From an uncultured delta proteobacterium (GTDB lineage Bacteria > Myxococcota_A > UBA9160 > SMWR01), in NCBI GenBank assembly GCA_963832165.1, contig CAWHTE010000007.1:768001-832000 (forward strand): 64,000 bases of DNA, in the 5' to 3' direction. The translations under genes and the position numbers were made by a program. Positions 12,306-24,587 of the stretch are shown piece by piece (position 1 is the stretch's first letter; each line of letters opens with the position of its first letter). The notes beneath the pieces were generated by a model. That model made no database searches. It was not told the origin of the DNA and saw only the letters and a list, made by a program, of their open reading frames with translations.

Positions 12306-13374
12306 TCCGGCGGCGGGGGAGCAGCGCGAGCGCGCTGGCACCCGCCAGGAGCATCCACTCCAGAGAGGGCTCCGGAACGGAGATCACCGTGAAGTCGTTC
12401 GCTCGCACATGAGTGTTCGTTCCGGCGCGGCGCGCGGCCCAGCTGTCCTCGGACTCGGAAACCGCGTTGCAGCTCATCGCGTGCGGAACATTGATGAACT
12501 GCTGCGCGGGCAGGTTGATCTCGTACACGGTGCGCCCGCTCGAGCACGGCACGTCCGGCGGACCGATCGCCCCGGCGCCCGTGCACTGCGGGTCGAGCAG
12601 GATCGGCACGAGCGCGCTTCCGCCGCTGCGCGTCGGATCGAAGATGAAACCGACCGGGTTGGTGGGCGGCTCGACGGAGAGGCCGTAGGTCGGTGCCGCG
12701 CGCGAGCAGCCGTATCCGCCCGGCGGATCGGTGGGCAGCGCGAACACCGGCATGGAGCGGAAGATCTGATTGAACGGGAGCTGGAGGTAGGCGAGCGCGT
12801 CGAACCGGGGCATGGCCGCGATGTTCTGGACCACGGCCATGCCGCCTCCGATCACGCGCCCGAACGCCGTGAATCCCCCGTCGACGGAGTCCAGGAAGGT
12901 GTTGTTGGCGAGGTTCACGAACCACTGGCTCGTCGCGCTGTTCGGCTGGCCGCCGATGCGCGCCATCGCGATCGTGCCGGTCGTGTTGGAGAGACAGGGC
13001 TCGTTCACGACCGCGGGATCCGTGGGGATCGCCGCGTAGGCATCGCCTACCTGGCGGTAGCCCCCGCCCTGGATCACGAAGCCGGGCTCGCTGCGATGGA
13101 CGAGCGCTCCGTCCCAGTCTCCGGCGTCGGCGTAGGCCTGGAAGTTCGCCACCGTCTGCGGCGCCATGTTCGGGTAGAGCTGGACCGGGATGTCACCGAG
13201 GGGTGTCTCGATCACGTAGACGATCGACCCGGAGAAGTTCGGGGTGCAGCCGCCGATCTGCGCATGCGCGGGCGCGGCGGCCGCGGTGAACGCGAGCGCG
13301 AGACACACGAGCGCGCGCCGAACGCGTACGCAACGCGAGCCGGGGAACCGGAGATTCTGGAGGAGCGGGTGCAT
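12289..13374 (-). CDS. Cyclophilin-type peptidylprolyl isomerase with PEP-CTERM sorting tail
   Basis: APQTVANF, HRSEPGFVIQGGG, GTIAMAR...SATSQWFVNLANN, FTAFGRV; ends VPEP-TM-RRR; start uncertain. Confidence 0.88.
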   Translation of the reverse strand: MHPLLQNLRFPGSRCVRVRRALVCLALAFTAAAAPAHAQIGGCTPNFSGSIVYVIETPLGDIPVQLYPNMAPQTVANFQAYADAGDWDGALVHRSEPGFVIQGGGYRQVGDAYAAIPTDPAVVNEPCLSNTTGTIAMARIGGQPNSATSQWFVNLANNTFLDSVDGGFTAFGRVIGGGMAVVQNIAAMPRFDALAYLQLPFNQIFRSMPVFALPTDPPGGYGCSRAAPTYGLSVEPPTNPVGFIFDPTRSGGSALVPILLDPQCTGAGAIGPPDVPCSSGRTVYEINLPAQQFINVPHAMSCNAVSESEDSWAARRAGTNTHVRANDFTVISVPEPSLEWMLLAGASALALLPRRRTTASR

Positions 13375-13447
13375 TTCGGGGAGGGCCACCTGGTGAGTGG
13401 CCCGCTGCGGGAGTTTGGTGTTGCCGGTCGGCTGCGCAGTCCTGGAA

Positions 13448-13957
13448 TCACCCCTCCTGCGCCGGCAGCCCGCCGATGAAGTCCATCTTGCCGAGCTTCA
13501 CGCCGTTGTGGCGCAGGATCGCGTACGCCATGGTCGCGTGGAAGAAGAAGTTCGGGATCGCGAGCTCCGCGAGGTAGTCGCTTCCGCGCACCCACTTCCC
13601 GCCCATCCAGGGCGGAGCCACCTTGCGCTCGTCGGCGCCCGCGAAGTCCTTCTCGGGGATGCTCGCGGCGAACTTCTTCGCCTTCTCGATCCGCTGACGC
13701 AGCTCCGAGAACGTCTTCTCGGTGTCGGGGTGCGACGGCGGCTTCGTGCCCGAGAGATAGGCCGCTGCGTACTTCGCCTGATCGCAGGCCGATTGCACCT
13801 GCTGGACGAAATCGAACTGATCCGGCGCGAGGCGGGACTGCGCGAGCACGTCCACCTCGAAGGCGCGGTCCTTGGCGTGCTCCTCGGCCTTGTCCATCCA
13901 CTTCTCGAAGTTCTCGAGCGTCTTCGCGAACAGACGGATCGCGTCGTGCGGGGTCAT
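13448..13957 (-). CDS. DUF1993 family protein
   Basis: RLAPDQF..QVQSACD.AK, PNFFFHATMAYAILRHNGVKLGKMDFIG. Confidence 0.9.
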   Translation of the reverse strand: MTPHDAIRLFAKTLENFEKWMDKAEEHAKDRAFEVDVLAQSRLAPDQFDFVQQVQSACDQAKYAAAYLSGTKPPSHPDTEKTFSELRQRIEKAKKFAASIPEKDFAGADERKVAPPWMGGKWVRGSDYLAELAIPNFFFHATMAYAILRHNGVKLGKMDFIGGLPAQEG

Positions 13958-14067
13958 GGGGGATCTCCTTGGGCTCGAGCGCGCAAACACAGGCTACGCG
14001 ACCCGCGTCCGGGGCGCCGCCCGCGCGTGGTAGAGTGTCGCCTCGCGCGTCGCAACAGGAGGGAAGC

Positions 14068-14682
14068 GTGAAGTTCTACAACTCGATGGGCCCGAATCCG
14101 AAGCTCGTGCGCATGTTCGCCGCCGAGAAGGGGTACTCCTTCTCCGCGATCGAGCAGGTCGACCTCATCAAGGGCGCCAACCGCCAGGCGCCGTATCTCT
14201 CCAGGAATCCCGCCGGGCAGCTCCCGTGCGTGGAGATCGCCGACGGCCGCATCATCGCGGAGACGATCGCGATCTGCGAGCTGATCGAGGAGACGCAGCC
14301 CAAGCCCGCGCTGATCGGCACGACGCCCGAGGACCGCGCCGAGACGCGCATGTGGGTGCGCCGGATCGAGTGGAAGATCACGCAGCCGCTCGCCGACGGT
14401 TTCCGCTTCGCGGAAGGTCTGCCGCTGTTCAAGGACCGCATCCGCACGATTCCCGAGGCGGCCGCGGGGCTCAAGGCGATCGCACGTGACGGCCTCGCGT
14501 GGCTCGACGGGCAGCTCGCTGGGCGCGACACGATCGTGCCGGGCCGCTTCACACTCGCCGACATCACGCTGTTCGCGTTCGTGGATTTCGGCGCATCGGT
14601 CGGTCAGGCGCTCGATCCGGCGCTCGAGAACCTCGCGAACTGGCTCGCAAAGACGAAGGGCCGGCCCAGCGCGCAGGCGTGA
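14068..14682 (+). CDS. Glutathione S-transferase family protein
   Basis: GPNPK.VRMF.AEKG, NPAGQLP, ETIAICE, FTLADI. Confidence 0.9.
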   Translation: MKFYNSMGPNPKLVRMFAAEKGYSFSAIEQVDLIKGANRQAPYLSRNPAGQLPCVEIADGRIIAETIAICELIEETQPKPALIGTTPEDRAETRMWVRRIEWKITQPLADGFRFAEGLPLFKDRIRTIPEAAAGLKAIARDGLAWLDGQLAGRDTIVPGRFTLADITLFAFVDFGASVGQALDPALENLANWLAKTKGRPSAQA

Positions 14683-14695
14683 AAAGCGGCGAGCG

Positions 14696-15328
14696 ATGAC
14701 CGACTGGATGATCGAGGGAGACAGCTACGGGAGCTGCAGCTGCATCTGGGCGTGCCCGTGTCAGTTCGAAGCCGATCCGACCCACGGCCATTGCCGCGGC
14801 TTCGAGGGGGCGCGGATCACGCGCGGGCACTTCGGCGATACCCGGCTGGACGGGCTCCGGTTCGTGGTGACCTACGCCTGGCCGGGGCCGATCTATCGCG
14901 GCGGCGGCGAGATGCAGGTGATCGTCGACGAGCGCGCCGATGCGGCGCAGCGGGACGCGCTCGACGCGGTACTGCACGGCCGCGAGACCGAGGCCGGCAA
15001 GACGATCTGGTGGGTGTTCGCCGCGATGACCGACACCAAGCATCCGGTGCTTTTCCGGCCGATCGAGTTCGAGTGCGACATCGACGCGCGCACCGCGCGC
15101 GTCCGGATCCCCGGCGTGCTCGAGTCCACGGGTCAGCCGATCCGGAGCCCGGTCAGCGGCGATCTGCACCGCGTGCGGATCGACCTCCCCGGCGGCGTGG
15201 AGTTCACCCAGGCGGAGATCGGCAGCGGCACCACTCGTTCCAGCGGCTCCGCGATCGCGCTCGACCTCAGCGAAACCTACGGCCAATGGAACCCGCTGCG
15301 CGTCACGGGCGGCGGGCTGTTCCGCTAG
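14696..15328 (+). CDS. DUF1326 family protein
   Basis: CSC...CPCQF..PT.G.C, WPGP, IVDERADAAQRDAL. Confidence 0.87.
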   Translation: MTDWMIEGDSYGSCSCIWACPCQFEADPTHGHCRGFEGARITRGHFGDTRLDGLRFVVTYAWPGPIYRGGGEMQVIVDERADAAQRDALDAVLHGRETEAGKTIWWVFAAMTDTKHPVLFRPIEFECDIDARTARVRIPGVLESTGQPIRSPVSGDLHRVRIDLPGGVEFTQAEIGSGTTRSSGSAIALDLSETYGQWNPLRVTGGGLFR

Positions 15329-15819
15329 TCCGCGCGCGGGCGCGGTGTCAGCAGGCGGATCGTCTCGTGCGACGCACCCGGACCTGGCACGGTGCGCAGC
15401 TCGCGCCGCGTGAGCGGGTTGCCGTCGGCGTCGGTCACGCGCAGCCTCGGGAGACGCCGGCCGGTGCGGCGGTCGCGCACGATCACGGGCTCGTTGCCGC
15501 GCCCGAACACCCACTCGTCGGACCAATCGCGCAGCGCGGTGAGCACGGGCAGCAGCGCCTCGCCCTTCGCGGTGAGCCGGTACTCGAAGTGCTCGCCCTC
15601 GCTGCCCACGTCGACGCGCTCGAAGATCTCGTGCTCGACGAGGTGCTGCAGGCGCGCGGACAGGACGTTCTTCGCGATGCCGAGGCTGCGCTCGAAGTCT
15701 CCGAACCGGCGCGCGCCGAAGAACGCGTCGCGCACGATCAGGAGCGTCCACCAGTCGCCGAACGCCTCCAGCGCCTGGCCGATTCCGCAGTTCATGTCGG
15801 CGAATCGCTTGCGGCCCAT
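15325..15819 (-). CDS. HxlR-family winged-helix transcriptional regulator
   Basis: C.IGQALE..GDWWTLLIVRDAFFG.RRF, LSARL, EYRLTAKG. Confidence 0.92.
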   Translation of the reverse strand: MGRKRFADMNCGIGQALEAFGDWWTLLIVRDAFFGARRFGDFERSLGIAKNVLSARLQHLVEHEIFERVDVGSEGEHFEYRLTAKGEALLPVLTALRDWSDEWVFGRGNEPVIVRDRRTGRRLPRLRVTDADGNPLTRRELRTVPGPGASHETIRLLTPRPRAD

Positions 15820-15844
15820 GACCCGGAGTCTACACGAAACTGTG

Positions 15845-15859
15845 GTTGCGTAAAGCAAC
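15845..15859. promoter_or_regulatory. Palindromic operator candidate between divergent HxlR and SDR genes
   Basis: GTTGC-gtaaa-GCAAC in a 62-bp divergent intergenic gap. Confidence 0.5.
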
Positions 15860-15881
15860 TGGATCAGGTATCCAGAGACCG

Positions 15882-16583
15882 ATGGAATCGCGGGTCTGCG
15901 TCGTGACGGGAGTCGGGCCGGGCACCGGAGCGGCCCTCGTGCGGCGGTTCGCGGCCGACGGCTACCGCGTCGCGATGCTCGCGCGCGACGCCGCGCGGCT
16001 CGAAGCGCTCGCGCAGGAGGTGCCGAGCGCGCGGTCCTTCCCCGTGGACGTCGCCGACCTCGACGCGCTGCGCGGCACGCTCGCCCGCGTGCGCGCGGAG
16101 CTGGGTGTGCCGTCGGTGCTGCTGCACAACGCCGTGGCGGGCGGCTTCGGCACGTTCGACACCGTGAAGCCCGAGGCGCTCGAGCACCGCTTCCGCGTCA
16201 ACGTCACTTCGCTGCTCGTGCTGGCCCAGGAGCTCGCGCCCGCGATGATCGAGGCGGGCCGCGGCGCGATCGTCGTCACGGGCAACACGTCGGCGTGGCG
16301 CGGCAAGGCCGCGTTCGCGGGCTTCGCGCCCACCAAGGCGGCGCAGCGGATCCTCGCGGAGTCGCTCGCGCGCACGCTCGGACCGAAGGGCGTGCACGTC
16401 GCCTACGTCGTCACCGACGCCGTGATCGACGTACCGTGGGCGCGCAAGGCGTTCCCGGACCAGCCCGACGAATTCTTCATCCAGCCGAGCGGGATCGCCG
16501 ACGCGGTGCACCACGTCGTGCACCAGGAGCGCTCCGCCTGGACCTTCGAGCTCGACCTCCGGCCCTTCGGAGAGAGCTGGTAG
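15882..16583 (+). CDS. SDR family oxidoreductase
   Basis: VTGVGPGTG, HNA, FAPTK, WTFELDLRP. Confidence 0.9.
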   Translation: MESRVCVVTGVGPGTGAALVRRFAADGYRVAMLARDAARLEALAQEVPSARSFPVDVADLDALRGTLARVRAELGVPSVLLHNAVAGGFGTFDTVKPEALEHRFRVNVTSLLVLAQELAPAMIEAGRGAIVVTGNTSAWRGKAAFAGFAPTKAAQRILAESLARTLGPKGVHVAYVVTDAVIDVPWARKAFPDQPDEFFIQPSGIADAVHHVVHQERSAWTFELDLRPFGESW

Positions 16584-16620
16584 CCCGTTTCGAACCCCAC
16601 ACGCGCCCCGAGGACCGAAC

Positions 16621-18888
<2,268 letters not shown>

Positions 18889-18892
<4 letters not shown>

Positions 18893-19695
18893 GCGGCGCG
18901 GCGCCCGCGCTGCGCATCTTCTCGTACCTACCGAACCCGCGGCTCGCGAAAGCGACGATCGCGGCGCGGATCTCGGGAGTGACGCTGGAGATCCGCGGCG
19001 CAGCGCCTCGCGAGCTCGCCGGCTGGCTATGGGACTTCGACGCACGGCCGCTCGCCGCGGACGAGCGTGAGGCGGGCCGTGCGGTCGCGGGCCGCACTGG
19101 ATTCGCCGGCGCGCTGCAAAAGACCGACGCGTTCCTGGCCGCGCATCCGTTCGGCACGGTACCCGCCGCATTCAGCCCCGACGGCGCGGTGGGAATCTTC
19201 GAATCGAACGCGATCGCGCGCGCCGTCGCGCGGCTCGCGCCGCCGGGCAAGGGGCTGTACGGCGACGACGCCTATCAGGCGTCGCGCATCGACGGCTTCC
19301 TCGACGCGAGCCTCGTGTTCGCACGCGAAGCGCAGGTCTATCTGCTCGATCTCGGCGCGCGGCGCGTCTCGCCGGCGACGCACGAGCGAGCGCGCGCCGC
19401 GCGCGACGGCTATCTCGAGGGCATCGACCGCGCGCTCGCGCCGCGGCGCGAGTTCCTCGTCGGGGATGGGCTCACGCTCGCGGATGTCGTGTTCGCCACC
19501 GAGCTCGCGCTCTTCTCGGCGGAGCGCGTCCACGGCGTGGCGCGCGAGGCGGCCGGCCTCGCCCCGCTCTGCGACGACGCCCTGCGCGACCACTTCCCGC
19601 GCGCGATCGAACACTTCGACCGGCTGTGTGCGCACGCGGCCTTCGCGGCGGATCTGCGCCCCTACCTGGAGAAGCTCGGTGGACGGATCGACTGA
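18889..19695 (+). CDS. Glutathione S-transferase family protein
   Basis: PNPRLAKA, HPFGTVP, IFESNAIAR, FLVGDGLTLAD; GTG overlaps the upstream stop. Confidence 0.85.
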
Positions 19696-20426
19696 AACCC
19701 CGCGTCGCGCTCGTGGTCGGCGCGGGCGACTTCATCGGCGGATCGATCGCGAAGCGCTTCGCCGCGGGCGGCTACGTCGCGGCGCTCGGACGGCGCAAGG
19801 CAGACCAGCTGGCGCCACTCGTTGGCGAGATCGAGGCGGCCGGCGGGCGTGCGCGCGCCTTCGCTCTCGATGCGCGCAACGAGGAGAGCGTGCAGGAGGT
19901 GTTCGCGGCGATCGAGCGCGACATCGGTCCGCTCGAGGTGGTCGTGTTCAACGTCGGCGCGAACGTGAGCTTTCCGATCACGGAGACGACCAGCCGCGTG
20001 TTCCGCAAGGTGTGGGAGATGGCGTGCCTGGGCGGCTTCCTCACCGGTCGCGAGGCCGCGCGCGTGATGCTTCCGCGCAAGCGCGGATCGATCTTCTTCA
20101 CGGGCGCCACCGCGAGCCTGCGCGGCGGCAAGGGCTATGCGGCGTTCGCCGCGGCAAAGTCCGGTCTGCGCGCGCTCGCGCAGAGCATGGCGCGCGAGCT
20201 TGGCCCAGAGAACATCCACGTCGCGCACCTCGTGATCGACGCGGGCGTCGATACCGCCTGGGTGCGCGAGCGGATCGCGGCGTCGGGACGCGACCCCGCC
20301 CAGCTGCCGCCCGATGCGCTGATGAATCCGGCGTCCGTGGGCGAGGCCTACTGGATGCTCCACCACCAGACGCCCGACGCATGGACGTTCGAGCTCGACT
20401 TGCGCCCGCACCGCGAGAGCTGGTGA
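19692..20426 (+). CDS. SDR family oxidoreductase
   Basis: VVGAGDFIG, FNVGAN, FTGATAS, FAAAK, WTFELDLRP; start codon uncertain. Confidence 0.88.
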   Translation: MKPRVALVVGAGDFIGGSIAKRFAAGGYVAALGRRKADQLAPLVGEIEAAGGRARAFALDARNEESVQEVFAAIERDIGPLEVVVFNVGANVSFPITETTSRVFRKVWEMACLGGFLTGREAARVMLPRKRGSIFFTGATASLRGGKGYAAFAAAKSGLRALAQSMARELGPENIHVAHLVIDAGVDTAWVRERIAASGRDPAQLPPDALMNPASVGEAYWMLHHQTPDAWTFELDLRPHRESW

Positions 20427-20438
20427 GATGGAGGCCCC

Positions 20439-21071
20439 ATGTCCGTCTGCGTAGAGTTCCACTTCGACTTCGGATCCCCGAACGCTTATCTGGCCCACCT
20501 CGTGGTTCCGGAGATCGCGCGTCGCACCCGCGTACCCTTCGTCTACGTCCCGGTGCTCCTCGGCGGCGTCTTCAAGGCAACCGGCAACGTGTCGCCGGCG
20601 GTCTCGCTGCATGGAATCAAGAACAAGGGCGAGTACGCCGAGCTCGAGATGCGCCGCTTCCTCGCGCGCCACGGCATCACTCGATACGCCCGCAATCCCT
20701 TCTTCCCGGTGAACACGCTCCAGATCATGCGCGGAGCGGTCGCGGCCCAGCGGCTCGACTGCTATGCACGCTATGTCGACGAGGTGTACCGGCACATGTG
20801 GGCAGAGCCAAAGAAGATGGATGATCCCGGCGTGATCGAGGCGGCCCTGAAGAAATCGGATCTGCCCGCGAGCGAGCTGCTGGCGCTGTCTTCCGACCCC
20901 TCGGTGAAGCAGGAACTGATCGCGAATACCGAGCGCTCGGTTGGCCGCGGCACGTTCGGCTCCCCGACGTTCTTCGTGGGCGACGAGATCTTCTTCGGCA
21001 AGGACCGGTTGCGCGAGGTGGAGGACGAGATCCTGGCGCAGCGCGAGAGAGCCGCGGGAGTGCGATCGTGA
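20439..21071 (+). CDS. 2-hydroxychromene-2-carboxylate isomerase / GST-kappa (DsbA-like)
   Basis: FDFGSPNAYL, PVLLGGVFK, FPVNTL, GTFGSPTFFV...FFGKDRL. Confidence 0.92.
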   Translation: MSVCVEFHFDFGSPNAYLAHLVVPEIARRTRVPFVYVPVLLGGVFKATGNVSPAVSLHGIKNKGEYAELEMRRFLARHGITRYARNPFFPVNTLQIMRGAVAAQRLDCYARYVDEVYRHMWAEPKKMDDPGVIEAALKKSDLPASELLALSSDPSVKQELIANTERSVGRGTFGSPTFFVGDEIFFGKDRLREVEDEILAQRERAAGVRS

Positions 21072-21805
21072 CGGCGGGCAAAGGTGCACTCGTCCTCGGC
21101 GTCGGAGCGGCGGCGGGTCTCGGCGGCGCGCTGTGCCGGCGCTTCGCGCGCGAGGGCCTCACCGCGTTCGCGGTCGGCCGCACGCCTGCGAAGCTCGATG
21201 CGGTCGCGGACGAGATCCGCGCCGGTGGCGGCCGCGCGCACGCGATCGCCGCCGACGTGAGCTCCGCGGCCGACATGGCGCACGCGTTCGAATCGGTCGA
21301 GAAGGAGACCGGCGCGCCGCCCGAGGTCGTCGTCTACAACGCGGGCAACATGGCGGCGGGCGCGATCGGCGAGATGACCGACGCGTTCTTCGAGAACGCG
21401 TGGCGCGTGTGCGCGTTCGGGGCGTTCCTGTGCGGCCGCGAGGCTGCGCAGCGCATGGTCCCGCGTGGCGGTGGCACGCTGATCTTCACGGGCGCGACGT
21501 CGTCTTTGCGCTCGCGCCCGCCGTTCATCGCGTTCGCAGCCGCGAAGGCCGCGGAGCGCGCGGTTGCCCACGGCCTCGCGCGCGAGTTCGGTCCCAAGGG
21601 TCTCCACGTCGCCCACGTGATCATCGACGGCGTGATCGACGGCGAGCTCGTGAACTCGCGTGCGCCGCAGATCAAGGAGAAGCTCGGCGCCGACGGCATG
21701 ATCTCGATCGACGCGCTCGCCGACACCTACTGGATTCTCCACACGCAGGCGCGCAGCGCCTGGACGCTCGAGCTCGACCTGCGCCCGTACAAAGAGCAGT
21801 TCTGA
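21068..21805 (+). CDS. SDR family oxidoreductase
   Basis: GVGAAAGLG, YNAG, FTGATSS, FAAAK, WTLELDLRP. Confidence 0.9.
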   Translation: MTAGKGALVLGVGAAAGLGGALCRRFAREGLTAFAVGRTPAKLDAVADEIRAGGGRAHAIAADVSSAADMAHAFESVEKETGAPPEVVVYNAGNMAAGAIGEMTDAFFENAWRVCAFGAFLCGREAAQRMVPRGGGTLIFTGATSSLRSRPPFIAFAAAKAAERAVAHGLAREFGPKGLHVAHVIIDGVIDGELVNSRAPQIKEKLGADGMISIDALADTYWILHTQARSAWTLELDLRPYKEQF

Positions 21806-21874
21806 GCTTGTCCGGTCCATCGGGCGCGCTCTCCGGGATTGAATGTCCGGACCGCCACTCGTTAGCGTCCGAGC

Positions 21875-22750
21875 ATGCGGTCGCTGCGCTTCAAGCAGGT
21901 CGACGCCTTCACGGCGCGGCCATTCTTCGGCAATCCCGTCGCGGTCGTGCTCGGCGCCGACGATCTCTCGTCGGACGACATGCAGCGGATCGCCGCGTGG
22001 ACGAACCTGTCCGAGACGACGTTCGTGCTCGCGCCGACGATCCCGGGTCCGGCCTATCGCCTGCGCATCTTCACACCCGGGCACGAGCTTCCGTTCGCAG
22101 GACATCCCACCATCGGGTCGTGTCACGCGGTGGTCGAAGCGGGCATCGTGACGCCGCGCGATGGGCGGCTCGTGCAACAGTGCGGTGCGGGCGACCTGCC
22201 GCTGCGGATCACGGGAGACGTGGAGCAGCGCTGGATCCACGTCGAGACGCCCGAGGCCGTGTGCGTCGGGGTGTATCCCGAGCTGGCTCGGCCGATCTCG
22301 GCTGCGCTCGGGCGCGCGATCGCCGCGCCCGCTCCGACGGCGCTCCGCAACGGGCCGACCTGGCTGTTCGTGCTCTTCGAGCATGAGTCGGAGGTCGCAG
22401 AGCTCAAGCCCGATCTCTCGGCACTGGCCGCGCTCAGCCTGGAGCACGCGGTCTCCGGCGTCGCGGCGTTCTCGTTCGTCGAGTCGGGCGACTTCGCGGT
22501 GCACGTCCGCTGCTTCGCACCCGCGTTCGGAGTGCCCGAGGATCCCGTCACGGGCAGCGCGAACGCGGCACTGCCGGCCTACCTGGCACGCCACGGGTGG
22601 CTCGATCGCGTGGGTCGCGACTACCTCGCGACGCAGGGCACGGAGCTGGGCCGCGACGGACGCGTGCACGTGCGCGTGCTCGACGAGCGCGGGCGCAGCG
22701 AGATCGGCGGTCAGGCGGTGACGGTGGTCGAGGGCGAGCTGCGGACCTAG
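21875..22750 (+). CDS. PhzF family epimerase/isomerase
   Basis: VDAFT..PF.GNP, NLSETTF, RIFTP..ELPFAGHPT, EDPVTGSAN. Confidence 0.93.
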   Translation: MRSLRFKQVDAFTARPFFGNPVAVVLGADDLSSDDMQRIAAWTNLSETTFVLAPTIPGPAYRLRIFTPGHELPFAGHPTIGSCHAVVEAGIVTPRDGRLVQQCGAGDLPLRITGDVEQRWIHVETPEAVCVGVYPELARPISAALGRAIAAPAPTALRNGPTWLFVLFEHESEVAELKPDLSALAALSLEHAVSGVAAFSFVESGDFAVHVRCFAPAFGVPEDPVTGSANAALPAYLARHGWLDRVGRDYLATQGTELGRDGRVHVRVLDERGRSEIGGQAVTVVEGELRT

Positions 22751-22808
22751 TTCCGCTCTGCGCAGCGCGCAGATGTCGCTGCTACGGTGTGCTCCCCGGA
22801 GAGGATCG

Positions 22809-23672
22809 ATGTCTTCGAGAGCCGAGCCCGCCGCGCTAGAGCGCAAGCGAAGCGTCCAGCGCCGCGTGAAGAAGGCGGTGCGCCGCGTCCTGATGGCGAT
22901 CGGCCTCGCCACGGTTCCCTATCTCTATGTCGCCTACATGTGGTTCGTGTACCGCACGAGCCGCGTGGAGGAGCTCGGCCCGAGTCCGGGTGTCGCGCGG
23001 CGCTGGATCGGCCGCGGCGTGTTCGCGCTCTGGCACGACGAGGTGTTCTTCGTCGCCTACTCCTTCGGGAAGTACCACCCCGAGGCGCTCGCGAGCCAGG
23101 GCGACTCGGGCTCGATCATCACGCGCATGCTCGAGGTGTGCGGATATCAGGTCTTCCGCGGTGGATCCTCCTCGGGAGATCAGCGTCGCTCCGCCGCGAT
23201 CGTGCGCGACATGGTCTCGCGCATGAAGTCGCATCCCGGCGTGATCTACGGACTCACCACCGACGGCTCGAAGGGACCCATCTACCGCATGAAGAAGGGC
23301 GCGGCCCACATCGCCGCGAAGGGTGGCGCGCCCGTGTTCGTGCTGAAGAGCTGGTGCAAGCGCTATGTCCAGCTCCCCACCTGGGACCGCACGCTCGTGC
23401 CGCTTCCGTTCAACCACATCGTGCATGTCTACAAGGGCCCGATCTGGCCGCGCGCGGACGTTCCGGAAGACGACCGCTTCGGCGCGTTCTGCCAGGACGT
23501 GGAGCGCGAGCTGTGGCGGGTATCGGCCTATGCGCGCCGTCGCGTCGAGGGACAGCCGCCGCCGCGCGAGTGGATCGATCAGTTTCCCGAGCCCGCGCGC
23601 GAGCTGATGGCGCGCGCGGAGGATCCGGCCCCGCTGTTCATGCCGCATGGCACCGACGCCATTCGTGCCTGA
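22809..23672 (+). CDS. DUF374 / lysophospholipid acyltransferase-like protein
   Basis: ALWH, RGGSS, TTDGSKGP, TWDR..VPLPF. Confidence 0.8.
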   Translation: MSSRAEPAALERKRSVQRRVKKAVRRVLMAIGLATVPYLYVAYMWFVYRTSRVEELGPSPGVARRWIGRGVFALWHDEVFFVAYSFGKYHPEALASQGDSGSIITRMLEVCGYQVFRGGSSSGDQRRSAAIVRDMVSRMKSHPGVIYGLTTDGSKGPIYRMKKGAAHIAAKGGAPVFVLKSWCKRYVQLPTWDRTLVPLPFNHIVHVYKGPIWPRADVPEDDRFGAFCQDVERELWRVSAYARRRVEGQPPPREWIDQFPEPARELMARAEDPAPLFMPHGTDAIRA

Positions 23673-24558
23673 GCTCGACGGGCTCGCAGCGATCGTCACG
23701 GGATCGAGCCACGGGATCGGCCGCGAGGTGGCGCACGCGTTCGCTGCGGCGGGGGCGCGCGTGGTCGTGAACGGATCGCCGGACCGCGATGGGCGATCTG
23801 CCGCGGCGGAATCGGTGGTGAGCGAGATCGCCGCGCGCGGCGGAACGGCGGTCGCGTGCGCGGCCTCGGTGGCGGATTTCGAAGCGGCCGGCTCACTCGT
23901 GGAGCGCTGCGTCGCGGAGTTCGGCAGGGTCGACGTACTCGTGAACTGCGCGGGTGTCCCGGAGCCCGACGGTGCCTCGATCCTCGACATGAGCGAGCGC
24001 GACTGGCGCGCCGTGGTCGACGTTCACCTGGGCGGCACCTTCCACTGCTGCCGACACGCGGCTCCGCGCATGGTGGCGCAGCGAGCGGGTGCGATCATCA
24101 ACACGAGCTCGCATTCCTTCCTGGGCATGTACGCGGGCGTCGCCTATCCCGCCGCGAAGGGCGCGATCAACAGCCTCACGTTTGCGCTCGCCACCGAGCT
24201 GCGCGAGCACGGCGTGCGCGTCAACGCGGTCTGTCCGGGGGCCAGGACCCGGCTGTCGAGCGGGCCCGGGTACGAGCGCAAGATCCACGACCTCCATGCG
24301 CGCGGGATCCTCTCGGACGCGATGCGCGACGTCTCGCTCGATCCGCCCGAGCCGCGCTTTGCGGCGCCGATCTACGCGTTCCTCGCGAGCGAACGCGCGC
24401 GCGGCATCACGGGGCGCTTGTTTTCCGCGTCGGGAGGCTACCTGGGAGTGTTCGCGCAGGGCGCGGAGAAGATGCTGGCCTATCGCGACCACCGCGCTGC
24501 GACGCCCTGGCGGGTCGGCGAGATCGCCGCGGCGGTCGCGCAGCAGGGCCTAGACTGA
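23665..24558 (+). CDS. SDR family oxidoreductase
   Basis: VTGSSHGIG, VNCAG, NTSS, YPAAK. Confidence 0.9.
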   Translation: MPELDGLAAIVTGSSHGIGREVAHAFAAAGARVVVNGSPDRDGRSAAAESVVSEIAARGGTAVACAASVADFEAAGSLVERCVAEFGRVDVLVNCAGVPEPDGASILDMSERDWRAVVDVHLGGTFHCCRHAAPRMVAQRAGAIINTSSHSFLGMYAGVAYPAAKGAINSLTFALATELREHGVRVNAVCPGARTRLSSGPGYERKIHDLHARGILSDAMRDVSLDPPEPRFAAPIYAFLASERARGITGRLFSASGGYLGVFAQGAEKMLAYRDHRAATPWRVGEIAAAVAQQGLD

Positions 24559-24587
24559 CGCGATCTCGCGGGGGTACCTTCGCCGCC

